From Chloroflexota bacterium (GTDB taxonomy: Bacteria > Chloroflexota > Dehalococcoidia > GIF9 > UBA5629), in the NCBI GenBank assembly GCA_016875925.1, contig VGOO01000002.1, positions 4,431-68,430 of the forward strand: a stretch of DNA of 64,000 nt, read 5' to 3'. The first letter of the stretch is position 1, and the number at the start of each line of letters is the position of its first letter. Positions 25,644 through 35,187 of this stretch are shown piece after piece. The notes under the pieces are model-generated. The model saw only the letters and a list, made by a program, of their open reading frames with translations. It was not told the origin of the DNA and made no database searches. Both the position numbers and the translations under genes were made by a program.

Positions 25644-27344
25644 TTATTGAATGGAGTTGATGATTTCCTCGATTTCCTCCAGGCTGTTGAAACGGCCTTG
25701 TTTGATTTTCCTGATGATGCCACTGGTATCAATGAAGTAGGTGGTGGGGAAAGCTTCCGGCTGATATAGCGCATCAGTTTGTCCTTCCAGATCAAGCAAG
25801 GCCGGCAAGGTCAACCTGTTTTTGTTCATGTAATTTCTGACTGTCTGAGGGTCTTCTCTGAAATTAACAAACAACATTGCCAGCTTATCACTTGGCCATT
25901 TGTCGTATAGTGCCTGTAAGTATGGGTTTTCGGCATGGCACGCTCCGCAGTAAGTTAGCCAGAAGTTCACCATAACTATCTTTCCACTAAAGTTGCTCAG
26001 CCTGACAGTAGCACTGTCCAGAGTAGGTAAAGAGAAATCGGGGGCGCGCATACCCACCTTGTTGCCCTCTGGCACAGTCAGCGTCCGAACACTGGCTAGG
26101 ACGAACTCGGACTCATGACCCGCAGCATCCTTTGACTTCAGCGTGATTCTGTATTCGGTACCCGATTTCAGTCCTTTCAAAGTTATGTTGTGGTCGACTG
26201 TAAATCTGTCGCTGGGTGCCTCAATTTTGTTGGGCCACTGGTCTATGGGATATTCGGCATGGCTGGTAGCAGGCTCGTCAGTAGTCCAGGTTATGGTCAG
26301 GCTGGAATCGGTGACGTCAGCAATTTTGACATTTGATATGGCTGGTGGAGAGGTATCAACCAATGTGATAAAGGTGTACTCGCGAGACAGGGAGGGTTTT
26401 TCCCCCTCAGCATCGAAGCTGGCAAATGTCCTGAAGCGGTAGGTGGTTTCTGATTCTAAGTTTGCTATAGTTATGGAGTGGGTGGTGGCTGTGGTATCCT
26501 CGTGCGGCGTTGCGATGAGGTTGGAGGCGTTGCCGGGGTTGGCATTAGCCTTGTAAATCATCAGCCAACCTGTGGCAGGTTTGTCGGTGGCAAAGCTGAC
26601 CTCAGCGCGCTTGTCAGTTACCATTGTGACCTGCACATCCGAAATGGTTGGGCGGGCGCTCTGGATTTTCTGCCTATTCTTGATGTTGCTCAAAATGGTT
26701 TCTATTTCGTACTGGGTCTGAAAAAGTCCGGGTAAGATTAATCTTATTATGCCCTTCTCATCCAGGAATACGTGTGTTGGGTTGTAGATGACACCATAGC
26801 TAGCGGTGGTAGTGTGGGACGGGTCAATTGCTATGGGAAAAGTAACGCCCTTTTCGTTAGCCAACTTCTGGGCTGCTTCTCGGTCTGAATCAGGCACGAT
26901 TGCCAACACCATTACTTCTCTATCTGCCCATCTCAGTTTAATCTTCTGAAGCTGCTCGGCGAGGTATATCTTCTCCCAGTCTGTAGTGGGGTCCCATTCA
27001 GCAGGGCGCCAGAAGCCGATTAAAGCCACATTGCCGCGCAGGTCACTGGAGCTTACGGTCTGACCATCTATGGTCTGGAGGTTGAAGTCCGGAGCTTGAT
27101 TACCCAGTTCATATCCTGCTTCTGGAGCGGCGGCCATTGTCGCCAAGCCCCAAAGTGCCAGCACTATTAAGCATGTTGCAATTCCGCCTGTGATGAAGAT
27201 ATGGCGTCGAGCTAAGTGAGCTACGGATACGAGCGGCGTCAGAAATCGCCGAGCTTTAGAGGCTGGACGCTTGGGAGTTGGTTGCTTCTTTTTTCTGGTC
27301 GTCGGTTTGCGTTTTTTAGTGGCATCTTTTGTCATTCCTGTCAC
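25644..27344 (-). CDS. Membrane-anchored protein: basic N-tail, TM helix, Cys-less thioredoxin-like domain, 2 FN3-like domains, TlpA-like thioredoxin (CGAC)
   Basis: KKRKPTTRKKKQPTPKRP, then TM GGIATCLIVLALWGLA. GNQAPDFNLQTIDG..LIGFWRPAEWDP has no CxxC. FN3-like LTITWTTDEPATSHAEY. C-terminal GMRAPDFSLP..VNFWLTYCGACHAENP. Confidence 0.8.
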   Translation of the reverse strand: MTGMTKDATKKRKPTTRKKKQPTPKRPASKARRFLTPLVSVAHLARRHIFITGGIATCLIVLALWGLATMAAAPEAGYELGNQAPDFNLQTIDGQTVSSSDLRGNVALIGFWRPAEWDPTTDWEKIYLAEQLQKIKLRWADREVMVLAIVPDSDREAAQKLANEKGVTFPIAIDPSHTTTASYGVIYNPTHVFLDEKGIIRLILPGLFQTQYEIETILSNIKNRQKIQSARPTISDVQVTMVTDKRAEVSFATDKPATGWLMIYKANANPGNASNLIATPHEDTTATTHSITIANLESETTYRFRTFASFDAEGEKPSLSREYTFITLVDTSPPAISNVKIADVTDSSLTITWTTDEPATSHAEYPIDQWPNKIEAPSDRFTVDHNITLKGLKSGTEYRITLKSKDAAGHESEFVLASVRTLTVPEGNKVGMRAPDFSLPTLDSATVRLSNFSGKIVMVNFWLTYCGACHAENPYLQALYDKWPSDKLAMLFVNFREDPQTVRNYMNKNRLTLPALLDLEGQTDALYQPEAFPTTYFIDTSGIIRKIKQGRFNSLEEIEEIINSIQ

Positions 27345-27381
27345 CTTTTAGTTCAGAGTGTGGTGTGGTTTGCCGCCAGCG

Positions 27382-29340
27382 CTAGAGAGACCTGATGAGT
27401 TCTTCTATTGCTGCCAGATTTGGGAAACTGCCTTGCTTGGTCTCTCTGATAATGCCCTCTCGGTCTATGAAGAATGTTCTCGGTATGCTGCTAACATCAT
27501 ACCTGCTGCCCACGGCGCCCTCTATATCGAGCAGTATAGTGAAAGTAAAGCGCTCGCCGGCGAGGAAATTTCTCACTGTACTGATGTTTTCCTCGAGGTT
27601 GACTGCCAGCACGACCAGTTCATCTTCCTTCCATGTCCTGGTGATATCCTGGAAATAGGGCATTTCGCCAACACACGGGCTGCACCAGGTAGCCCAGAAG
27701 TTTAGCACCACCTTCTTGCCTCGCAAGCTCTTCAGGCTTATCTCCTCGCCGTTGATGGTTTTAAGGGTGAAATCCGGGGCGCGATTGCCTATTTTGGGGC
27801 CGACGGGCAGAGATGCCTGAGTCCTTAATGTATTGTCCAGTGATGTGGCTTCATTCCCGCTGGCATCTGTGGATTTGACCTTGAAATGATAAAGCGTGTT
27901 CGGCTCCAGACCGGTTAGGATTACGCTGTGGCTAGTGGTCATTTGGTTGTCCAGTGGTGAGGTTTTTCCATAGGTCTCGCTGAGGCCGTATTCTACCTGG
28001 CTAGTAGCTGGCTCGTTGGTAGCCCAGGTGATGGTGACGCTGGTTTCTTCTATCTTGGAAGCGCTCACTTCCGTAAGGATGGGTGGAGTGGTATCGGACT
28101 GCGCTAGCGTGGTGAGTTCTTTTTCCAGCGAGGCTTCTTTGCCATTGGCGTCTTTGGATAGGAGAGTAAGGTGATAAGTGGTACTGGCCTTCAGGTTGTG
28201 TAAGGGTACCCAGTGTTTGGTAACTAACGGTGCCTGGAGCTCAGTCCAGGTGCAAAAGCCGCTGGGGTCGCAGACTATTACCTGGGCGCTGGTGGGTTTG
28301 TCTGTTTCCCAGGTAACGATGGCGCCTGTGTCAGTGATGGAGGATAGCTGGACATTCTTGATTGTTGCGGGCTTTTCTCCAAATGACAACCGCGGGGTGG
28401 ATATGTTCTGTGGAAGGGATATAGCCGGTTTCCAGACCTGGGTGATGATGTAGTATCCGGTGATAAACAGCGTGACGGAAATCAAAAGGGCGAGGAGGGT
28501 TCTGAGCATACCGCCTGTTCTAGGCGCCGGAATAGCATACCCTCTGGCTGCCAGCGACCGGGAATCCCCTTGGAACGCTCTTGATGGCACGGGGTAGTTC
28601 ACGGCTGCCGGCGCGGCGATAGCTGTTCCCATAGCTGGTGCTAGTGGTTGTTGAGCAGATACTCGAGGAGTTGCTGGAGACTGGCTATAGCTGTCGGGCT
28701 TGTTTACAGCATGCGGGATTGGAACAGGAACGGATTGCACTGCGTAGCCCTGTTGTGCTCTGGCGCCGGTAATATATCCTCCGGAATAGGACTGTTGTAT
28801 TGTTCCTAGCACAGCTTGGGGTCTTGGCACCTGTGGTTGTGCTGATGTTGGTGTTGGTGGTGTCATCGGCCTGTATGGGGATGCTTGCGGTGTCATTTGG
28901 TGTGGCATCTGTGGAGTTTGTGGTGGTCCTTCGTGTGGCATGCTTCTGCCTATGAGCAGACCACAGCTAAAGCACTGGGTATTGGCGGCACTTAAACTGG
29001 CACTGCATCTGGGGCAATTACGGTGGGTTGCAGATGTGCGGCTTGGAGTGAGCTGGGGTGTTGCTGGTTGTGGTCTGGATGGTGGTTGATATTGTGGTTG
29101 GGGGGTGTACGGCCTAGGTGGGACAGGAGGCATTTGTGGCTGTTGAACTGCTGTGTATTGCTGGGCTGCCCGAGCCCAGGTATTGCTGCCGCAGAGGAAA
29201 CCGCATGTGGGGCAGAATCTGGATTTGTCAGGAAGGATGGCATGACAACGAGTACACCACCGGGTGCCGCATCTCCAGCAAATTCGCTGCCCCGGGGGGT
29301 TCTGTGCCTGGCACCTGGGACATAAAACTATGTTCTGCAC
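27382..29340 (-). CDS. Zinc-ribbon (x3) / P,Q-rich / TM / 2 FN3-like / TlpA-like thioredoxin (WCSPC) protein
   Basis: CPRCQAQNPPGQRICWRCG, CTRCHAI..CPTCG, CPRCSAS..CFSCG. TM LLALLISVTLFITGYYII. VTITWATNEPATSQVEYG. GNRAPDFTLKT..LNFWATWCSPCVGEMP. Confidence 0.85.
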   Translation of the reverse strand: MQNIVLCPRCQAQNPPGQRICWRCGTRWCTRCHAILPDKSRFCPTCGFLCGSNTWARAAQQYTAVQQPQMPPVPPRPYTPQPQYQPPSRPQPATPQLTPSRTSATHRNCPRCSASLSAANTQCFSCGLLIGRSMPHEGPPQTPQMPHQMTPQASPYRPMTPPTPTSAQPQVPRPQAVLGTIQQSYSGGYITGARAQQGYAVQSVPVPIPHAVNKPDSYSQSPATPRVSAQQPLAPAMGTAIAAPAAVNYPVPSRAFQGDSRSLAARGYAIPAPRTGGMLRTLLALLISVTLFITGYYIITQVWKPAISLPQNISTPRLSFGEKPATIKNVQLSSITDTGAIVTWETDKPTSAQVIVCDPSGFCTWTELQAPLVTKHWVPLHNLKASTTYHLTLLSKDANGKEASLEKELTTLAQSDTTPPILTEVSASKIEETSVTITWATNEPATSQVEYGLSETYGKTSPLDNQMTTSHSVILTGLEPNTLYHFKVKSTDASGNEATSLDNTLRTQASLPVGPKIGNRAPDFTLKTINGEEISLKSLRGKKVVLNFWATWCSPCVGEMPYFQDITRTWKEDELVVLAVNLEENISTVRNFLAGERFTFTILLDIEGAVGSRYDVSSIPRTFFIDREGIIRETKQGSFPNLAAIEELIRSL

Positions 29341-29601
29341 TCTAATACCGTTATTGGAACGTTGCTGAGCTTGTGGTCAGCGTCACCTCCGCACTTTGCC
29401 GCCTCTATTTCTGCGAGATACAGCATAAAGATACATCCCTATTATACAGTCAAGTCAAGATATAGCAAAACGCTCGGGTATGCAATAGCGTGTGAAGACA
29501 GAATGTTTCTTTGTCAGTTGCACTAGCCAGGTTTAGTGTGAGGGGCAATTAGTGAAGCTGATAGATAATGATTACATGTTGGTCGCCTGCGGCTAAGACA
29601 G

Positions 29602-31329
29602 CTATATCGAATCCATTATCTGTTTTATTTGCCCCGGCCTTATGAAGCGCTGCATATCGATTTTCCTTATGATGCCGTCTTCATCGATAAATACGTGCAT
29701 GGGCAATGTCCACACTGGATAGGCTTTCTGGTCCGCTGTCGGTGCATATATAAAAGTGGGCTGGAGGGGTCCCCCTTTCAGGTCTTCGCTGTATTTTTCC
29801 TCCAGGCTTCGGAACCTTCTATTTGTATTCTGAATTCTGTCTTCGCGTGTTGCTAGCCGGTCTTCGTATACGTCGATGCAAACAGTAACTATTTCCCAAT
29901 CTTTGAGATAAGCATATTCTGCCAAGTCGCCTGTCAATCTGGTCGGGTCTGCCTTTTTAACCTCAATGCTCTTTTCATGGACATCTCGAATCCAGGCAAA
30001 CTCGTAAATACAGGCCCCGCAATACGTTGACCAGAAGTCAAGGAATATCTTTCGACCCTCCTGGCCGTCCTTTGGCAAGAATTGGCTCAGTTCGAATTCA
30101 CCGTTGTCGTTCAGATGCAGGTCTTTTATCCAATCTCGATTGCCTCCTTGGTATGGCACAAGGACAAGGTTGCGGGCGCGCGTGCCCACCTGATGACCTT
30201 CGTAAATTTTGGATTGTGTATTGAACATATGAATCTTAGCATCCGCAGGGTTGCCGCACTGATTGGTCGCCTCTATACGCGCATAATACGAAGTGAGAGG
30301 CTTGAGTCCAGGGATTCTAGCAGTGTGTGTTAAATGGTCAGTAGTTCTTGATGGTATGGGCTCGCTGTAAATGTCCGTATGCTCTTGTCTGTATCTGACC
30401 GTGCAGGTTGTCGGCTCGTTGGTCGTCCATTCTATAGTTGCGCTAACGTCGCTGTATTTGCGGGTCTTTACCTGCGATATGATTGGGGCAATTGTGTCTT
30501 CGCATTTGAAGTGGGCTATGACATGTTTGTTTCTATCCATAGTGACATCTATGGCTAAAGACGAAGGGGTGGATGGCTCGTCTAAATCCCCTGTCCATTT
30601 ATCGAATTTGTATCCCGGGGCAGGTTCGGCCGTTAATTTCACTTTAGCATTTTGCCTGTAGCTTGTTTCTTCAGGTTCAATACGCACCATACCCTTCTTT
30701 AAGTCATCTGGTTCTGTGGTCAGGGTGAATGTCGTTTGGATACTTGTTGGTGCTGGTGGTGGTGCTGCTGCTGGTGGTGACGATAGTGATGAGTCACCTC
30801 CAGTATTTCGGAGGTGTGATATTAAGGAACCCATGCCCACTACGATTCCTGCCAGTAGGCCAAACAGCAGCAAGCCGGCCAGTACAGGTCTTAGATATCG
30901 CGCAATAGGTGGGATACGCCACTCCCAGGGTTCGGAGTAGGTTGTCTTAGACTGCTTTACCTTTGGGGTTTTCGGTTCGCGGTATTCTATCTCGTCTAGC
31001 ATAGGACTCCGTGGCATTATATTTCGAGGCTCGCTTTCAAATTGGCGTGGCGTTTTGTCCGTGAATGGCTTTGTGCCTGAGGATGTTGGTGGGGGTGATG
31101 TGGGGTGACCTGGGATAGCTGGTTCTTGTGGTATTTGTTGGGCATGTCTGGGCGCGCTTGTGCCGTGTAGATTGCCGCATCTCGGGCAGCGTCCTGTTTT
31201 TGGGTCGACCTTGCCACCGCATCCCTGTTTCTGGCAAATCTGCTGCACAGGTTGTTCTTTGGGCGGTTGGGAGTGACGGCGCGGGTCAGGTGGTTGGGTG
31301 TACTTGGGGGTGAAATCCATGGGTGACAT
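29602..31329 (-). CDS. Zinc-ribbon / P-rich / TM / beta-sandwich repeats / thioredoxin-like (YCGAC) protein
   Basis: GCGGKVDPKTGRCPRCG. TM LAGLLLFGLLAGIVVGMG. PGYKFDKWTGD (InlB-B-repeat-like). ATIEWTTNEPTTCTVRY. LDFWSTYCGACIYEF. The first ATG is 31329; the ORF-track start 31389 is a TTG. The start is uncertain. Confidence 0.8.
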   Translation of the reverse strand: MSPMDFTPKYTQPPDPRRHSQPPKEQPVQQICQKQGCGGKVDPKTGRCPRCGNLHGTSAPRHAQQIPQEPAIPGHPTSPPPTSSGTKPFTDKTPRQFESEPRNIMPRSPMLDEIEYREPKTPKVKQSKTTYSEPWEWRIPPIARYLRPVLAGLLLFGLLAGIVVGMGSLISHLRNTGGDSSLSSPPAAAPPPAPTSIQTTFTLTTEPDDLKKGMVRIEPEETSYRQNAKVKLTAEPAPGYKFDKWTGDLDEPSTPSSLAIDVTMDRNKHVIAHFKCEDTIAPIISQVKTRKYSDVSATIEWTTNEPTTCTVRYRQEHTDIYSEPIPSRTTDHLTHTARIPGLKPLTSYYARIEATNQCGNPADAKIHMFNTQSKIYEGHQVGTRARNLVLVPYQGGNRDWIKDLHLNDNGEFELSQFLPKDGQEGRKIFLDFWSTYCGACIYEFAWIRDVHEKSIEVKKADPTRLTGDLAEYAYLKDWEIVTVCIDVYEDRLATREDRIQNTNRRFRSLEEKYSEDLKGGPLQPTFIYAPTADQKAYPVWTLPMHVFIDEDGIIRKIDMQRFIRPGQIKQIMDSI

Positions 31330-31428
31330 CTTTCTAATTATACAAATCGGCAGGGTAAATTTAAATTGTGTGGCTTGTTTAAGTAACAATCCGTGTCAAC
31401 TTCATATCATTGGTGTGCTGCCTTGACG

Positions 31429-31764
31429 CTATCTGATGATTTTTGGTTCCATCTTGCCGAAATAACCGCAGGCTTTGTTGTTGGGGCAGCGTCCGTGGGC
31501 GATGTTCGTTGGGTTACCACAGCGGGGGCAGGCGTATTGTGCTGTCTTGCCGGGCAATGTTTCATCTTTTTTTAAGGGAGATTCGAGTTTGCTCTTTGGC
31601 GGAGGAACGGTCACAGTTGCGCCCATGTGGTTAATGGCGCGGAGGCGGATATCACGGTGCTCCATCTGGCCGATATAGCCACAGTGGGGACAATTGCCAG
31701 CGGCAAATCTGATTCTGGCTTCACATTTGGGGCAGGTGTAGCGATATTTGAACTCGTCTTGCAT
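31429..31764 (-). CDS. Small double zinc-ribbon protein
   Basis: 111 aa: CPKCEARIRFAAGNCPHCG and CPRCGNPTNIAHGRCPNNKACG. Confidence 0.65.
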   Translation of the reverse strand: MQDEFKYRYTCPKCEARIRFAAGNCPHCGYIGQMEHRDIRLRAINHMGATVTVPPPKSKLESPLKKDETLPGKTAQYACPRCGNPTNIAHGRCPNNKACGYFGKMEPKIIR

Positions 31765-31778
31765 GTCTTGAGTCGTTA

Positions 31779-33044
31779 TTAGGCTGGCTTGATTACTTCT
31801 ATGCCCATATAGGGCATTAGCACATCCGGGATCGCTATGCTGCCATCGGCTTGCTGATAGTTTTCCATTATGGCGATAACCACTCGTGGGAGCGCAAGCC
31901 CTGAGCCGTTCAAGGTGTGGACGAATGCAGGTTTGGCTTCTGGCGCTGGACGATAGCGGATGTTAGCACGCCTGGCCTGAAAGTCAGTACAGTTGCTGCA
32001 AGAGCTGACCTCCAGCCATTCGTTGCAGCCTGGAGCCCACATTTCGATATCGAATGACTTGGCGGAGGCGAAACCCAGGTCTGCGGTGCAAAGTTGCAGC
32101 ACGCGATAGGGTATGTTCAACCTGCGGCAGACCTCCTCGGCATTGTCCAGCATCTTCTGGAGTTCATGGTCGGACATTTGGGGCTCGGTGAATTTGTATA
32201 GCTCTACCTTGTCAAACTGGTGGCCCCTCTTGATGCCGCGGGTATCTTTGCCGGCTGCCATTTTCTCGCGCCGGAAGCAGGCGGTGTGCGAGACGTAGTA
32301 AACTGGCAAAGTGCCCTGCGGAAGGATTTCATCGCGGTGCAAATTGGTCAAGGGCACTTCCGCTGTGGGCACAAACCAATAGTCGTCCTCTTCGTCGTGA
32401 TACAGGTTGTCGGCGAATTTGGGCAGATTTCCCGAGCCTATTACACATTCCCGTTTCACCATAAAGGGAGGGTATATCTCAGTATAGCCATGCCCTTTTA
32501 CATGTAGGTCCAGCATGAAGGAGATGAGCGAGCGCTGGAGAAGAGAGCCTGTGCCTCTGAGAACGTAGAAGCGGGTGCCTGACAGTTTCACACCTCGTTG
32601 GAAATCGATGATGCCCAGCTTTTCTCCCAGTTCCCAGTGGGGCAAGGGCTTGAAAGAAAACTCTCGTGGCTTGCCCCAGGAGCGGACCACTACATTGTCT
32701 TCCGCATCTTTGCCGAGGGGGACATCATCTGTCGGGATATTTGGCAATCGCAGGAGGTGGTCTTCAAGCTGAGCTGCCAGTTGAGCTATTTCTACCTCCA
32801 GGGAGTCTATCTTGTGCCCGATTTGGCGCATGTCGGCGATAAGCTCTGGCGGCTTCTCTGCCATTTTGCTGATTTGCTTACTTACTTCATTGCGTTTGGC
32901 TCTGAGGCTCTCCATCTCGTGGAGAAGCTGGCGGTGTTGCTTATCCAATGCTATGATTTGGTCAAGTGGAGCTTTATCGCCTCGCTTTTCCAGAGCTTGG
33001 CGGATGATATCAGGATTTTCGCGGACCAGTTTTATATCCAGCAT
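31779..33044 (-). CDS. serS: Seryl-tRNA synthetase
   Basis: MLDIKLVRENPD.., a coiled-coil N-arm, and class II motifs FRRE.. and GSGLALPR. Confidence 0.95.
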   Translation of the reverse strand: MLDIKLVRENPDIIRQALEKRGDKAPLDQIIALDKQHRQLLHEMESLRAKRNEVSKQISKMAEKPPELIADMRQIGHKIDSLEVEIAQLAAQLEDHLLRLPNIPTDDVPLGKDAEDNVVVRSWGKPREFSFKPLPHWELGEKLGIIDFQRGVKLSGTRFYVLRGTGSLLQRSLISFMLDLHVKGHGYTEIYPPFMVKRECVIGSGNLPKFADNLYHDEEDDYWFVPTAEVPLTNLHRDEILPQGTLPVYYVSHTACFRREKMAAGKDTRGIKRGHQFDKVELYKFTEPQMSDHELQKMLDNAEEVCRRLNIPYRVLQLCTADLGFASAKSFDIEMWAPGCNEWLEVSSCSNCTDFQARRANIRYRPAPEAKPAFVHTLNGSGLALPRVVIAIMENYQQADGSIAIPDVLMPYMGIEVIKPA

Positions 33045-33065
33045 GGTTAGTGTAGTGCCTCTTGA

Positions 33066-34556
33066 TTACTTTGTCTTCAACTGTGGGAACAGGATAACCT
33101 CGCGAATGGATTGTTTGTCTGCTAGCAGCATTACCAATCTGTCAATCCCTATTCCCAGTCCACCGGTTGGTGGCATTCCATATTCTAAGGCTAAAAGGAA
33201 GTCTTCGTCTATAATGTCGATTTCTAGAGCTTCACCTTTGGTTGTTTTCGGTGCTTTTGCTTTTGCTTGCTTGTGAAATCGTTCTCTTTGCTCTAGGGGG
33301 TCGTTGAGTTCGGTGAAGGCATTGGCGATTTCCATGCCGGCGATGAACCCTTCAAAACGTTCCACTAATTGGCTTCCGTCTCGTTTTCTCTTTGCCAGTG
33401 GCGACATATCGATAGGGTAATCTACAAGGAATGTTGGTTGTATCAAGTGTGGTTCAACAAAGGTGGAGATGAGTTCGTCAATCAGTCTTCCTCTGTCCTT
33501 TGTGGAGTCGACATCCATACCTAGCTCTCGCATCTTGGCTTGCATTGATTTTGTATCTGGATATTCTTCGAAGTCGATTTTGCATCGTTCCTTGATGGCC
33601 TGGCGCAGGGAGAGACGTTTCCAGGGTGGAGCCAGGTTGATGTGCTTTCCATCGAATGTAATCTCGGTGTTGCCGGTAGTCTCCTTGGCGATGTGGCAGA
33701 CCATGTCTTCAACCATAACCATGACATCGTTGTAGTCGGCGTAAGCCTGGTAGCTTTCTAGCATGGTGAACTCGGGATTGTGTCTGGTGGAGACTCCTTC
33801 GTTGCGAAACACGCGGCCGATTTCATAGACTTTGTCGAGGCCACCTATGATCAGCCGTTTGAGATGAAGCTCTAGGGCTATGCGAAGGTATAGGTCTTCG
33901 TCGAGGGCATGATGGTGAGTTTGAAAGCGGCGTGCCAGTGCCCCACCTGCTACAGGTTGCAATACTGGCGTTTCCACTTCGATGAACCCGTGTTCGTTGA
34001 GGTATTTTCGAATGGAATTGATGACGCGGCTGCGAAGCAAGAATATGGGCTTTACTTCTTCGTTGGATATCAGGTCGAGATAGCGCTGACGGTAGCGCTT
34101 CTCCACATCAGCCAGGCCATGCCATTTCTCAGGCAATGGTTGAAGGGACTTAGCCAGGAGGGTGTAATCTGTCACGTCCAGGGTGATTTGTCCTGTTTTG
34201 GTTTTGAAAAGCTTTCCTTTGGCTCCGACGAAATCGCCGATGTCTAGCTCGTGTAGAAACTGGAATTTGTCCTCGCCCAGGTGGTCATGGCTAAAATAAA
34301 GCTGGATTTTGCCAGAACAGTCGCGGATGTCCAGGAACGCTATTTTGCCCATGAGGCGCATGGCGGTGATGCGACCTGCCAGGCTCAACTCATCCGCTGT
34401 GATATCTGTTTTTTTATCTTGGGATTCGAAGAGAGCTATTGCCTCCTGGGTAGTGTGGGTGCGATCGTAGGAATGTGGGTACGGGTCTTTTCCTTGGCTG
34501 CGGATTCTTGCCAGCTTGTCCAGACGTTGCTGGGCAATTTGTTCCAATCTAGCCAT
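33066..34556 (-). CDS. lysS: Lysyl-tRNA synthetase, class II
   Basis: OB anticodon domain ..GRITAMRLMGKIAFLDIRD. Motifs FRNEG and GGLGIGIDRLVMLL. Confidence 0.95.
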   Translation of the reverse strand: MARLEQIAQQRLDKLARIRSQGKDPYPHSYDRTHTTQEAIALFESQDKKTDITADELSLAGRITAMRLMGKIAFLDIRDCSGKIQLYFSHDHLGEDKFQFLHELDIGDFVGAKGKLFKTKTGQITLDVTDYTLLAKSLQPLPEKWHGLADVEKRYRQRYLDLISNEEVKPIFLLRSRVINSIRKYLNEHGFIEVETPVLQPVAGGALARRFQTHHHALDEDLYLRIALELHLKRLIIGGLDKVYEIGRVFRNEGVSTRHNPEFTMLESYQAYADYNDVMVMVEDMVCHIAKETTGNTEITFDGKHINLAPPWKRLSLRQAIKERCKIDFEEYPDTKSMQAKMRELGMDVDSTKDRGRLIDELISTFVEPHLIQPTFLVDYPIDMSPLAKRKRDGSQLVERFEGFIAGMEIANAFTELNDPLEQRERFHKQAKAKAPKTTKGEALEIDIIDEDFLLALEYGMPPTGGLGIGIDRLVMLLADKQSIREVILFPQLKTK

Positions 34557-34561
34557 GATAC

Positions 34562-35029
34562 TCAGCTAACTTCGATTATTAGTAGCTTGAGCTTTCCGGC
34601 AGGAGTTTGCACTTCAACCTCGTCGCCCACCTTCTTGCCCAAGAGCGCTCGTCCTACAGGGGATTCATTTGAGATCTTGCCGTTAGCGGGATTCGATTCG
34701 GCGCTGCCCACTATGGTGAACTGGTCAATTTTACCATCCTGGTTCTGGATTAGCACTTTGTCACCAAGCTCGACCACTCCGGGCACTGCTGCTGCCTCTA
34801 TAACGATGGCATTTCTGAGGGTGTTCTCAAGCATGAGGATTCTGCCCTCTATAAAAGCCTGTTCATTCTTGGCATCCTCGTACTCGGCATTGTTTTCAGT
34901 TCCGCCCATTTCTCGGGCGCGCTTAATCTTAGCAGCGACCTCTTCCCTTTTAACAGAAACCAGGTGCTCCAGCTCAGCCTTGAGTTTGCTTAGACCCTCT
35001 TCGGTAACGAGAATTTTCTTCTGGCTCAT
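34562..35029 (-). CDS. greA: Transcription elongation factor GreA
   Basis: LVTEEGLSKLKAELEHL..EDAKNEQAFIEGRI..SPVGRALLGKKVGDEVEV. Confidence 0.95.
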   Translation of the reverse strand: MSQKKILVTEEGLSKLKAELEHLVSVKREEVAAKIKRAREMGGTENNAEYEDAKNEQAFIEGRILMLENTLRNAIVIEAAAVPGVVELGDKVLIQNQDGKIDQFTIVGSAESNPANGKISNESPVGRALLGKKVGDEVEVQTPAGKLKLLIIEVS

Positions 35030-35187
35030 TTGACTTCCCCTGCTTCCAAATTAGAAAAACTGAGAGCCTGGGGGGCTCTCAGTGGGCTGTTGAAGCTTGA
35101 GAGACATTATATTCCGCTGCGAGCCAGTTGTAAAGTGCACGCAAAAACTAATATAATAGCGAAGCTTCGGATGACCAGGAGGAAATC

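Noticed and set aside
34281-35033. 250-aa plus-strand ORF
   Set aside because: It is antisense to lysS and greA and has low-complexity Ser/Leu-rich composition.
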